A DNA stretch of 64,000 nucleotides from an uncultured Spirochaetota bacterium (GTDB taxonomy: Bacteria > Spirochaetota > UBA4802 > UBA5550), in assembly GCA_963827275.1 (NCBI GenBank), contig CAWHAA010000001.1, positions 96,001 through 160,000 of the forward strand, read 5' to 3'. The notes beneath the pieces were generated by a model, which did no database searches, had not been told where the DNA came from, and worked only from the letters and a program-made list of their open reading frames with translations. Below, one piece after another: positions 30,845 through 39,387 of the stretch. Each line of letters begins with the position of its first letter. The first letter of the stretch is position 1. The translations under genes and the position numbers were made by a program.

Positions 30845-31720
30845 TTATTTGAAGTCGTTAATACGCTCGGCTTTCTTCTCATCCTGCTCGACAACTTCCT
30901 GCATCTGCTTATAATGAGGTGACTCGATCCCATACTTCAGCTCAACCGCCTGGAGCATGCACCGGTTCTTCTTGTTTTTATATATGTTGATCTCATCTTC
31001 AGATGCATGCTTGTATTTCGCCAGCACCTTCTCCATGTAACCATAGCAGCTTGCCATATATTTATACGCCCAGATGTCCTTGCTGTTCTCTTCGGAAATG
31101 CTCAGGTATCTCTCCAGGATGGCGATACACGGCTTAAAATTCTGGAGATCATACTGGGTGGATACATATACCTGGAAGAGGCGGCTCATAAAATTGACGA
31201 ACTTGGGTTCCTGCCTGACCTCCTGGTGCTGAATCTGATCAAGATAGTCGATGGACCGCGTCAGGTAGGTGACCGATTTCATCTTGGCTTCCATTTTTTT
31301 CATGGCGACCTGGCGCTGCTCCTGGTTCTTACGGTCAATCTCCTGCCAGTACCACCGCTCGTTCAGGTTCTTTTTCTCCTTGTTGGCGGCCTTGATCTTT
31401 ATGACGTCATTCTCCATGTCTTCAAGAATATCAAGCGCGGTTGAATATTCATCGATCGCGAGCTTTAAGAGGTTGTCGGAATATTCCTTGTTAAGTTTTT
31501 CAAGCTCCTCAATCGCCTTGATATAGGGCTTGAAATCCCGGATCCTCCATCCGGTAACCTCAACATCGCTGAATTCATTTTTCAGTTCGGCGGCTTTTTT
31601 ATCATCCGTTTTCTTGTCAGCTGCCTGCTGCGCAGAAATCCGGGATTGCATCCCGAGGCCGAGGAAAACAGCCGCTACCAGGACAGCAATTATCACGCCA
31701 TACGACTTTCTTGGTTTCAT
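30845..31720 (-). CDS. fcpA: Flagellar coiling protein A-like sheath protein
   Basis: Signal peptide; WYWQEIDRK, YDLQNF..CIAILERY and YKYMASCY match recalled Leptospira FcpA motifs. Confidence 0.75.
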   Translation of the reverse strand: MKPRKSYGVIIAVLVAAVFLGLGMQSRISAQQAADKKTDDKKAAELKNEFSDVEVTGWRIRDFKPYIKAIEELEKLNKEYSDNLLKLAIDEYSTALDILEDMENDVIKIKAANKEKKNLNERWYWQEIDRKNQEQRQVAMKKMEAKMKSVTYLTRSIDYLDQIQHQEVRQEPKFVNFMSRLFQVYVSTQYDLQNFKPCIAILERYLSISEENSKDIWAYKYMASCYGYMEKVLAKYKHASEDEINIYKNKKNRCMLQAVELKYGIESPHYKQMQEVVEQDEKKAERINDFK

Positions 31721-31993
31721 ACAGTAACCCCTCTCAGCATAATGAATCGGACCATGGCGGCACAAAAATATCCAAGTGCAACGCCACACATTAATATCGT
31801 CATAATTATGGTAAAAATTCAATTTTTTTCTTACTTTTATCTATATTATAAAAATAAAAAAGTCCCCTGCCCGACTCAGATGAGACAAACACAGGCCGTG
31901 ACTTTCTTTCAAAATCATCGATGATATCCCACGATAAATTTTGTTGACATTATCGTATGATTATTAAAACCTAAATTCAATATCAGATATTCC

Positions 31994-32806
31994 ATGAAAA
32001 CAGAGACAAAAGCCCAGCATAATACACTCTATTGCGATTTTTGCGATAGGACAGGCATTATCCATAATCCCCATTATGAAAAACTCGGGGAAAATGCCCT
32101 GACGCCCTGTCCTAAATGTGTCATAAAAAAATGTCTCTGCGGGGGCGAGGACCCATATTATTACTACAAAGACGGCCAGATCGAGGACTGCTTCTGCCGT
32201 GAAACCCGGATGAAGATCATGAAGATAAACATGATATACAACCGTTCGGGGATAAACAAAAAATACCAGTGGAAACGTCTCAATGACTTTAAATCCGTGA
32301 GCAAGCAGGCGGAAGAGGCGAAAAACGCCGCGTATGACATTGTCCGGCAGTTTCCTGACGTGCGAAAGGGCCTCTACCTCTGGGGCAATGCCGGCACCGG
32401 CAAAACCCTGCTGGCTTCGATCATCCTTACGGAAATCATCATACGCCGCGCTGTTGAAGGCAGGTTTATCAGCATATCACGGAATTTTTTTAAAAGCATA
32501 CAGGAAACATTTCATGAAGGGTCCGAGACGTACGGCGAATCAGCCAGGATTGAAAAAGAGCTGGCCGATGTTGATATCCTGGTAATAGACGATTTCGGAA
32601 TACAGAAAGACACGGAATGGAAGCAGGAAACCCTGTATGACCTGGTTGACGCGCGGTACGAAGCGGAAAAATTCACCATCTTCACATCGAATACCAACCC
32701 GCACAAGGCCCTCAAGGACCTTTCACAGGGAAGGATCCTCTCCCGCATCAAAGAAATGTGCAGAATAATTGAGATCAGCGGCGACGACTACAGGGATAAA
32801 TTATAG
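31994..32806 (+). CDS. DnaC/IstB-like AAA+ ATPase with N-terminal Zn-binding Cys motifs
   Basis: CDFC, CPKC, GNAGTGKT (Walker A), LVIDDFG (Walker B), IFTSN, RILSRIKEMC. Confidence 0.85.
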   Translation: MKTETKAQHNTLYCDFCDRTGIIHNPHYEKLGENALTPCPKCVIKKCLCGGEDPYYYYKDGQIEDCFCRETRMKIMKINMIYNRSGINKKYQWKRLNDFKSVSKQAEEAKNAAYDIVRQFPDVRKGLYLWGNAGTGKTLLASIILTEIIIRRAVEGRFISISRNFFKSIQETFHEGSETYGESARIEKELADVDILVIDDFGIQKDTEWKQETLYDLVDARYEAEKFTIFTSNTNPHKALKDLSQGRILSRIKEMCRIIEISGDDYRDKL

Positions 32807-33253
32807 ATGGCCCTCGCCTACATCGGTCTGGGTTCCAACCTGGGTGAACGGAAAAAAAACATCGATGCCGCCGTTGCTGCAATCGCGTCAGGCCTTCCCG
32901 CGGTTGTCCTTAAACGAAGCACAATCATTGAAACAGACCCGGTTGACTACCTCGATCAACCCCGCTTCCTCAACCAGGTCATTCTGATTGAAACCGACCT
33001 GAGCCCCCATGACCTGCTCCGGCATCTGCAAAAGACCGAAGGGGACCTGGGCAGGACTAAATCATTTCCCAAAGGGCCGCGGACCATCGACCTCGACATA
33101 TTGCTTTACGACAACATCATCATGAATACCGACGACCTTATTATTCCCCACCCGGAGATTAAGAACAGGGAATTCGTATTGAAGCACCTTCTCGAACTTG
33201 AGCCGGACATCACGGACCCGGCAACGGGAAAAAAATACCGGACACTGTCATAA
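32807..33253 (+). CDS. folK: 2-amino-4-hydroxy-6-hydroxymethyldihydropteridine diphosphokinase
   Basis: AYIGLGSNLG, FLNQV, GPRTIDLDILLY, IPHPEI..REFVL. Confidence 0.96.
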   Translation: MALAYIGLGSNLGERKKNIDAAVAAIASGLPAVVLKRSTIIETDPVDYLDQPRFLNQVILIETDLSPHDLLRHLQKTEGDLGRTKSFPKGPRTIDLDILLYDNIIMNTDDLIIPHPEIKNREFVLKHLLELEPDITDPATGKKYRTLS

Positions 33254-33258
33254 GGGCC

Positions 33259-34530
33259 TCACGCCCGCACGACCGGGATCTCGTCCCACCGCGTGGTATA
33301 TCTCCCGGAAAGAAACTCGCGGCGCATCCGCCAGGGCTTCGCGCTCCCCTCTGCCGCAAAGCTCAGGGTATGGCGCCCCATCTCCCGGTTGACGCGGTCC
33401 ACCGCCTGCATCAGGCGGCGGGTGCGGTCCGTGTCATGCAGGCCGCTGAAAAGGTCAGGCTGCGCGTCTTCCTCGGGAAGTATTTCGCAGAGCATCACCC
33501 CCGCCTTCTTGTAGGAATATCCCTGCCGGTAGATCCGATCGAGCAGCCGTACCGCAATGCGGATAAGGTGAGGGGTATACGACGAGGGGACCGGCAGGTC
33601 GCAGCTGATGCCGTTGGAATACTGCGGGTCGTTCTCCCTGAACCTGTTGGTGGACAGGAACACGGTGACGGAACCGGCCGCGCTTTTCTGGGCCCGGAGC
33701 TTTTCCGCGGCCCTGCTCATATACGCGGCAACGGCCTCGCGCAGCTCATCCAGGCGCTCAACCGGCCGTCCAAAAGAGCGGGAACTCACGATCCCCTTCT
33801 TCGGCGCGGGGAGCTCGTCGAGGGGAATGCACGGCACCCCCCGCAGTTCCCACACGGTGCGGAGACCCACGATCGTCATGTTGCGCCGCACCCACCTGTC
33901 AGACGCGTCCCTGAGCTGCGCGGCAGTGGTGATGCCGTTCCGCCGGAGGAGGTCGCGATACTGCCGTCCCACGCCCCACACGTCGCCGGCGTCCGTGGCC
34001 GCAAGGGTTCTGTCCATACCGGCGCTGTCGGTGAGCCCGAAAACCCCCTGGCACGCAGGGTCCCTCTTGCCGATCCTGCTGGCCAGCTTCGCCAGGGTCT
34101 TGGTGGGAGCGATACCGATGCTTACCGGTATACCGGTCCACTGGTTCACGAGATCACGCACCAGCCTGCCGTATTCCACCGGGTCGCCGCTCATTTCCCG
34201 CATGGAAAGGAATGCCTCATCGATGGAATAGATCTCCATCTCCGGCGAAAACCGGGCCAGGCAATCCATGACCCGCCGCGACATGTCACCGTAGAGAGAA
34301 TAGTTCGATGAGAAAACGGCCACATGGCGGCGCCGGAGAAGCTCCTTCACCTTGAAAAAAGGGGCGCCGAAGGGAAGCCCCATCTCCTTCACTTCATTAG
34401 AGAGGGCAACCACGTTGCCGTCATTATTGGAGAGCACCACGACGGGCCTTCTCCTCGTCTCCGGGCGGAAGACCCGTTCGCAGGAGACGTAGAAATTGTT
34501 GCAATCGACAAGAAAAAACAGGGTTTTCAT
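33259..34530 (-). CDS. umuC: Y-family DNA polymerase V catalytic subunit
   Basis: LVDCNNFYVSCERVF, VVLSNNDG, YSIDEAF, APTKTLAKLA, C-terminal W.MRREFLS.RYTTRW. Confidence 0.95.
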   Translation of the reverse strand: MKTLFFLVDCNNFYVSCERVFRPETRRRPVVVLSNNDGNVVALSNEVKEMGLPFGAPFFKVKELLRRRHVAVFSSNYSLYGDMSRRVMDCLARFSPEMEIYSIDEAFLSMREMSGDPVEYGRLVRDLVNQWTGIPVSIGIAPTKTLAKLASRIGKRDPACQGVFGLTDSAGMDRTLAATDAGDVWGVGRQYRDLLRRNGITTAAQLRDASDRWVRRNMTIVGLRTVWELRGVPCIPLDELPAPKKGIVSSRSFGRPVERLDELREAVAAYMSRAAEKLRAQKSAAGSVTVFLSTNRFRENDPQYSNGISCDLPVPSSYTPHLIRIAVRLLDRIYRQGYSYKKAGVMLCEILPEEDAQPDLFSGLHDTDRTRRLMQAVDRVNREMGRHTLSFAAEGSAKPWRMRREFLSGRYTTRWDEIPVVRA

Positions 34531-34537
34531 ATGATTG

Positions 34538-34978
34538 TTATTGCCGGAGAATCTTTTCGAGGTTGGGAGGATAGCCCCAGAGGAATTTCCAGCATACAAT
34601 GTTATCAATAAACTCCTTGATAACAATATAATTTTTATACTGATAGTTATCGGTAGTATTATTTTTCAGGCACTTATTCAAAAATTTCTTCACAGCATAC
34701 GCAAGAATTAAAGAAACCGACATCTTGAGCAACTTCCTCAAATCCAAAAAATACTCATAATCATCCATTCGTAGCTGTACATGAAACGTGCGCCACTCAT
34801 CCGGCCTGCCCTTCCTCTGGTACCTGACCATGCTGCCGATACGCGCCGGATCAGGAATATCATCCATAGCTTTTTTTATAAGAAGTATGATCATCTCGGA
34901 GCGAGATACGCCCCTGGACCGTGCCGCCAGGGATATCCTGTCTAAAATGCGCGCATTAATATTGAGTGTCGTCTCCAT
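34538..34978 (-). CDS. DUF1564-like / ribbon-helix-helix-like small protein
   Basis: N-terminal beta-helix-helix pattern (TTLNIN...SRSEMIILLIKK), VRYQ, DYEYFLDLRKLLKMSVSLILAYAV; AT-richer than flanking genes. Confidence 0.6.
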   Translation of the reverse strand: METTLNINARILDRISLAARSRGVSRSEMIILLIKKAMDDIPDPARIGSMVRYQRKGRPDEWRTFHVQLRMDDYEYFLDLRKLLKMSVSLILAYAVKKFLNKCLKNNTTDNYQYKNYIVIKEFIDNIVCWKFLWGYPPNLEKILRQ

Positions 34979-35078
34979 AAATTTATCCTCATCCGTAGTA
35001 TTGAATTTAAACACTATGGGATACGAACGGGACAATCAAAATGATAAATTTTTTCTATGCGCCTCAACAGTCAGCATC

Positions 35079-35543
35079 TTATTTGAAACTATGAATCACA
35101 TGCACCACCACGCCCCAGACCTCAAATCCCGTTTCGCCTGTCACTTCAAGCGGTGCGTAGTTCGGGTTTTCCGAGGCAAGATATACACGGCCGCTTTCCC
35201 GGATAAAACGCTTTACCGTAAGCTCTCCGTTCAGGATGGCGATAATAATGCTCCGGTCCCGGGCAGTCTCGGCCCTGTCCACGACCAGGACGTCGCCGGA
35301 ATGAATCCCCGCTCCCGTCATCGATTCGCCCGACACACGCACGAAAAAGGTTGCTGACGGATGCCTGATGAGAAGCTCGTTCAGGTCGAGCCCTTTCTCC
35401 ACATAATCATCGGCCGGAGAAGGAAAACCGGCAGGGATCCTGGCCGCAAACAAGGGGAAACGCGCCGGGCCGCATGCACCAATCCGATGTATGGATGCTA
35501 TAGAGCCGTCGCGGGGTGCCGATAGTGTCTCCGCCGTATGCAT
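35079..35543 (-). CDS. umuD: DNA polymerase V accessory subunit (S24 peptidase)
   Basis: AGFPSPADDY..LDLNELLI, RVSGESM (catalytic Ser), ELTVKR (catalytic Lys). Confidence 0.95.
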   Translation of the reverse strand: MHTAETLSAPRDGSIASIHRIGACGPARFPLFAARIPAGFPSPADDYVEKGLDLNELLIRHPSATFFVRVSGESMTGAGIHSGDVLVVDRAETARDRSIIIAILNGELTVKRFIRESGRVYLASENPNYAPLEVTGETGFEVWGVVVHVIHSFK

Positions 35544-35584
35544 GAAAGCCCCTCCTGGCCGGGGTCAGAGTAACATCATACCGC

Positions 35585-35622
35585 CAATATAAATAACCGG
35601 AATAATATGTCAACATATGTTT
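35585..35622 (-). promoter_or_regulatory. Putative umuD sigma70 promoter with overlapping palindrome
   Basis: On -: TTGACA-N16-TATATT; palindrome AACATATGTT (35612-35621) overlaps the -35. Confidence 0.4.
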
Positions 35623-35671
35623 AGTATTATATTTTTAATACTACCCGTTTTCAGCGAAAAGCTTGCAATAT

Positions 35672-35706
35672 TATTTGATTTATCAATATTTGACATATCA
35701 AATATT
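35672..35706. promoter_or_regulatory. Tandem inverted repeats, probable MarR autoregulatory operator
   Basis: TATTTGA-TTTA-TCAATA and AATATTTGA-CATA-TCAAATATT immediately upstream of the marR-family gene. Confidence 0.6.
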
Positions 35707-35720
35707 TAAAGCGAGAAAAT

Positions 35721-36140
35721 ATGGATGATAGACTCATTTTTCTAATATCGAAAGCGGGACATGCCCTGAAAAATTATATGAAGCGAGAGTGCATAAACGA
35801 AGGTGTTACAATTTCCTCGGCGCAGGCGGGTATGCTTATGGCCCTGAAGATGCGCGATGGGCTTTCAATGAACCAGATGAGTGAAATAATTTCTATTGAT
35901 AACGCCGCAGTCACACGTCACGTGGATGATCTTGAACGAAAGGGGCTGGCCAGGCGGGAAGCGGATGCAGGCGACAGGAGAAAAACCATTATCCGCATTA
36001 TGCCAGAAGGAATTGCGGAAGCAGAAAAAGCGAAAGCTGTTGCCCGGAGAGTCAACAGCATGATAAAAGATGGGTTCACCGAACAAGAGATTGAAATCTT
36101 CAAACGTATTCTGAGCAGTTTTTTTGAAAAATTCAAATGA
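35721..36140 (+). CDS. MarR family transcriptional regulator
   Basis: IDNAAVTRHVDDLERKGL..R....DRR winged-helix motif. Confidence 0.92.
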   Translation: MDDRLIFLISKAGHALKNYMKRECINEGVTISSAQAGMLMALKMRDGLSMNQMSEIISIDNAAVTRHVDDLERKGLARREADAGDRRKTIIRIMPEGIAEAEKAKAVARRVNSMIKDGFTEQEIEIFKRILSSFFEKFK

Positions 36141-36158
36141 TGAATTACAGGAGGTCAT

Positions 36159-36617
36159 ATGATCACGCCATTATCAGCATATAATAAACTAAAAGGTCTC
36201 CCCATGGGTAAATATATTTTTTCAAGGGTGGTATGCATCATGGCACCCTACTTCAGTACCATCAAACCACGTTTTGTCGAGTTGAAGCCGGGATATTGTG
36301 AAATAAAGATGAGAGACCGCAGGGCGGTACGAAATCACCTTAACAGCGTACATGCCATTGCCATGTGTAATCTCTGTGAGCTGGCCGGTGGTATGGCTCT
36401 TGACGCAACCCTGCCTGCAGACTTGAGGTGGATACCCAGGGGAATGAATGTTGAATATGTCAAGATCGCACGAAGCAACCTGAAAGGAACCTGCTCAATA
36501 GCCGGCAACACGATAAAAGGAGAGGGGCCTCTTCCAGTCACTGTCAGCATCACTGACACAAGCGGGACCGAAGTTATGAAGGCCATTATCAATATGCATA
36601 TTACGAAAAGAAAATAA
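36159..36617 (+). CDS. Hotdog-fold thioesterase (DUF4442-like)
   Basis: APYFSTIKP, NHLNSVHAIAMCNLCELAGG, RWIPRGMNVEY. Confidence 0.85.
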   Translation: MITPLSAYNKLKGLPMGKYIFSRVVCIMAPYFSTIKPRFVELKPGYCEIKMRDRRAVRNHLNSVHAIAMCNLCELAGGMALDATLPADLRWIPRGMNVEYVKIARSNLKGTCSIAGNTIKGEGPLPVTVSITDTSGTEVMKAIINMHITKRK

Positions 36618-36630
36618 ATGATTGTAAATA

Positions 36631-37293
36631 CTACAGCGGGGCGATACACGCGGCAGAATCATTCTTTGGCGAGTTGACCAGCGTCGAGACAGGATATGCT
36701 GTCATTTCATCTGCCGGATACGGCACCAGGAGGGCCAGTGCTTCATCCGGTGTAGCTTTAGCATCAAGCCACATCTTCTCATGTTCCCGGGGGATAATGA
36801 CCGGCATCCTGTCATGGATTGGCCTCATGATATCATTGGCCCCTGTTGTTATAATGGTACACGTATGCAATTCTTTGCCCTGCGGTGACATCCATGTTTC
36901 GTGGAGACCTGCAAAACCAAATGGCTGCCCTGAAGTAAGCGTAATATAAAAAGGAACCTTTATCTTCCCTTCCCGTTTCCATTCATAAAAGCCGCTCGCA
37001 ATAATGAGACATCGGCGAGATTTAAATGCCGTTTTGAAACTGGGCTTCTGGCTTACCGTTTCGGCCCTGGCATTAATCATGTTCTGTCCTATTGAAGAAT
37101 CCTTTGCCCACGAGGGGACAAGCCCCCACTGGAAACTAACCAGGGCCCTCTTCCCATCACGCGCCAAGACTGAGATTATGCTGCTTCCCGGAGGTATGTT
37201 ATATGCCGGGATAACATCAACAAGAACATCATCGATTAGAAATGCCCTGATGATAGTGCTGACAGGCTCTAGTTGGGCGAATCGTCCACACAT
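36631..37293 (-). CDS. SOS response-associated peptidase (SRAP/YedK/HMCES family)
   Basis: N-terminal MCGRF, WGLVPSW, INARAET, RCLI.ASGFYEW, IHDRMPVI. Confidence 0.95.
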   Translation of the reverse strand: MCGRFAQLEPVSTIIRAFLIDDVLVDVIPAYNIPPGSSIISVLARDGKRALVSFQWGLVPSWAKDSSIGQNMINARAETVSQKPSFKTAFKSRRCLIIASGFYEWKREGKIKVPFYITLTSGQPFGFAGLHETWMSPQGKELHTCTIITTGANDIMRPIHDRMPVIIPREHEKMWLDAKATPDEALALLVPYPADEMTAYPVSTLVNSPKNDSAACIAPL

Positions 37294-37400
37294 TGGATTT
37301 TTTCACTTTTTATTTTAAGATATGAAATTGCTAACAATTCCTGACATAACAATCAAGAATTAATTCAAATAAAGATGAGAGTCTTAAAGGTTTTAATGTA

Positions 37401-37435
37401 ACCGATAACTATCTATAGCAATCGGTGTCAGAGTA
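37401..37435. repeat. Degenerate copy of the dispersed palindromic element
   Basis: ACCGATAACTATC...ATCGGTGTCAGAGTA contains both family motifs. Confidence 0.7.
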
Positions 37436-37550
37436 GTTAATATCCTGTATAAGTCGCCGGTATTAAGGAAAATTTGAATAATCTCATTTTTAATATATAC
37501 ACTACAAGCATTCTTTATATTTTATTTTATATATTACCAAAAAAAAATAC

Positions 37551-37577
37551 TAATCCCACCGAGAAAGTTGCCGATAA
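37551..37577 (+). promoter_or_regulatory. Sigma28 (FliA)-type promoter
   Basis: TAAT-N15-GCCGATAA. Confidence 0.6.
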
Positions 37578-37623
37578 AAGAAATGGGGAAATATAATAAT
37601 TGGGTAATCCTGGTGAGGTTTTT

Positions 37624-37794
37624 ATGAATGTAGCACCGAATGAATACCAGACGGTAATTGACAGCATTCAGATGAGCAACAATCTTCTGAAAATGCTGGC
37701 AGCGGCAAAACTTGGCATCGACCAGAAAATGATGAAAGCTGATGTAATTTTCAACGTTGCCGGTATTGGCGAGCATATAGATATTCAAGCATAA
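37624..37794 (+). CDS. Small YjfB-like putative motility protein
   Basis: GAGGT RBS; 56 aa ending G.GEHIDIQA, like the YjfB C-terminus; downstream of a sigma28 promoter. Confidence 0.5.
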   Translation: MNVAPNEYQTVIDSIQMSNNLLKMLAAAKLGIDQKMMKADVIFNVAGIGEHIDIQA

Positions 37795-37855
37795 AAAACA
37801 AGGCGAACAACCAGTCCGCCTCATGCCATCAATCTCGAACATTTATACAAGAGCA

Positions 37856-38230
37856 TTATTGTACATTAATTGATATCTTTCTTGGTTTGACCGCTTCATG
37901 CTTTTGCAGCACAAGGGTCAGTACCCCATTTTCAAAGGATGCACTGATCTTTTCCCGGTCAATGTCATCACCCACATTGAATTTTCGATAATAATCATAA
38001 TTTGAAAATTCGGAATACTTTAATTCCTTGTTTTCAGATTTGTATTGCCCCACTCCCCCGCGAATTTCCAGCTCATTATTTTCGATAGTGACATCAAGGT
38101 TGTCCCTGACCACTCCGGGCATTTCAAGCTTCAAAGTGTACTGGTCATCAGTTTCATAAATGTCCGCCAGGGGGACCAGTGCTCTTTTCTCATCAGAGTA
38201 ATTATCAGCCTGTACTTTATCGTTAAACAT
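37856..38230 (-). CDS. Hsp20/alpha-crystallin protein
   Basis: PLADIYET, EMPGV, ASFENGVLTL. Confidence 0.92.
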   Translation of the reverse strand: MFNDKVQADNYSDEKRALVPLADIYETDDQYTLKLEMPGVVRDNLDVTIENNELEIRGGVGQYKSENKELKYSEFSNYDYYRKFNVGDDIDREKISASFENGVLTLVLQKHEAVKPRKISINVQ

Positions 38231-38244
38231 ATCGGTGCCTCCGG

Positions 38245-38652
38245 TTATTTAATTTCTATCCTTTTAGGCTTTGCATCCTCGCTCTTTACAAGCTTGATGC
38301 TCAAGATGCCATCGGCAAGATTTGCATTGATCGCATTCATATCAACCCTGTAGGGCAGTTTTACAAATTTCTTGAATTTACCGAATTGCCGTTCTTTGCG
38401 TATATAGGGATTGTCCTCATAGTCGCCTTTTTTCTCCCCTTCAATGACAAGGCTGTCATTGACAAGTTGAATATCCATCTCTGCCGACTTCACTCCGGGA
38501 ACCAGGGCCCTGACCTCCAGCTCATCTTTTCCTTCGTAAATCTCAATTTGCGGAAATTCACGGCTCCTCAATTTCCCGGCATTCTCCATAAAGAATGAAT
38601 TTACTACATCCCGTAAATTTAATACCTCATCGAAGATATCATAAGTATACAT
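38245..38652 (-). CDS. Hsp20/alpha-crystallin protein
   Basis: VPGV, ERQFGKF...LP, ANLADGILSI, KPKRIEI. Confidence 0.92.
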   Translation of the reverse strand: MYTYDIFDEVLNLRDVVNSFFMENAGKLRSREFPQIEIYEGKDELEVRALVPGVKSAEMDIQLVNDSLVIEGEKKGDYEDNPYIRKERQFGKFKKFVKLPYRVDMNAINANLADGILSIKLVKSEDAKPKRIEIK

Positions 38653-38662
38653 GTCATGCCTC

Positions 38663-39112
38663 CTAATTGATATTAATCTTGATCTTTTTTGTTTCAGCCG
38701 CTTTTTCTTTTGGGATATCAATCTTCAATACACCATGTTTGAATTCTGCCTTGATGTTATCGGCTTTCACTGATTCAGGCAGCCTGATAGACCTTTGAAA
38801 TGATCCATACGAACGTTCCATGATCAGCGCGATCTTATCATCGCCCTGACGAAATTCTTCGCTCTTCTCACCTTTTATCGTGAGAATATCGTTCTCAATA
38901 CTGACCTCCAGGTTTTTCTCATCGATTCCGGGTACATCAGCCTTAATATAAATACCCTTCCCATCTTCATGGACATCAATTGCCGGTACCCATTCCGGAT
39001 CAAACATGCTCGAAGGTTTCATATTGAAGAAGTCATCAAATATATTTGAGATGCTTCTTCGAAAAGCTTCAACTTCAGAACCATTATTACGTTTCTTGAT
39101 TGCAAACGTCAT
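38663..39112 (-). CDS. Hsp20/alpha-crystallin protein
   Basis: PAIDVHE, DVPG, ERSYGSFQRSIRLP, AEFKHGVLKI; AGGAGG RBS. Confidence 0.93.
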   Translation of the reverse strand: MTFAIKKRNNGSEVEAFRRSISNIFDDFFNMKPSSMFDPEWVPAIDVHEDGKGIYIKADVPGIDEKNLEVSIENDILTIKGEKSEEFRQGDDKIALIMERSYGSFQRSIRLPESVKADNIKAEFKHGVLKIDIPKEKAAETKKIKININ

Positions 39113-39140
39113 ATAGCACCTCCTTGATTTGATTTTATTG

Positions 39141-39167
39141 TTAGCACTCGTTATCAATGAGTGCTAA
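39141..39167. promoter_or_regulatory. CIRCE element (HrcA operator)
   Basis: Exact TTAGCACTC-N9-GAGTGCTAA upstream of the hsp20 operon. Confidence 0.95.
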
Positions 39168-39325
39168 CAATAAAATATAAAAAATTACCCCCATCGTCAA
39201 CATGAATTAAAAAATTTTTTTTTATGGATATAAAATTTCAGGAGAGATATAGATGTGACAATTTAAAATTATAATATATTTTAATTTGTTTATTTCAATT
39301 AATAAATGATACAAAAAAGCTATAT

Positions 39326-39341
39326 ACCGATAACTATCGGT
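39326..39341. repeat. Single copy of the dispersed palindrome
   Basis: ACCGATAACTATCGGT, followed by TGTCCCC. Confidence 0.8.
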
Positions 39342-39387
39342 CATTGTCCCCCTATATCATATTGACTGCCGGTGCGATTATTAAATT

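Noticed and set aside
31994..39341. Prophage or IS21 element
   Set aside because: No integrase, transposase, structural genes or att-like repeats found.
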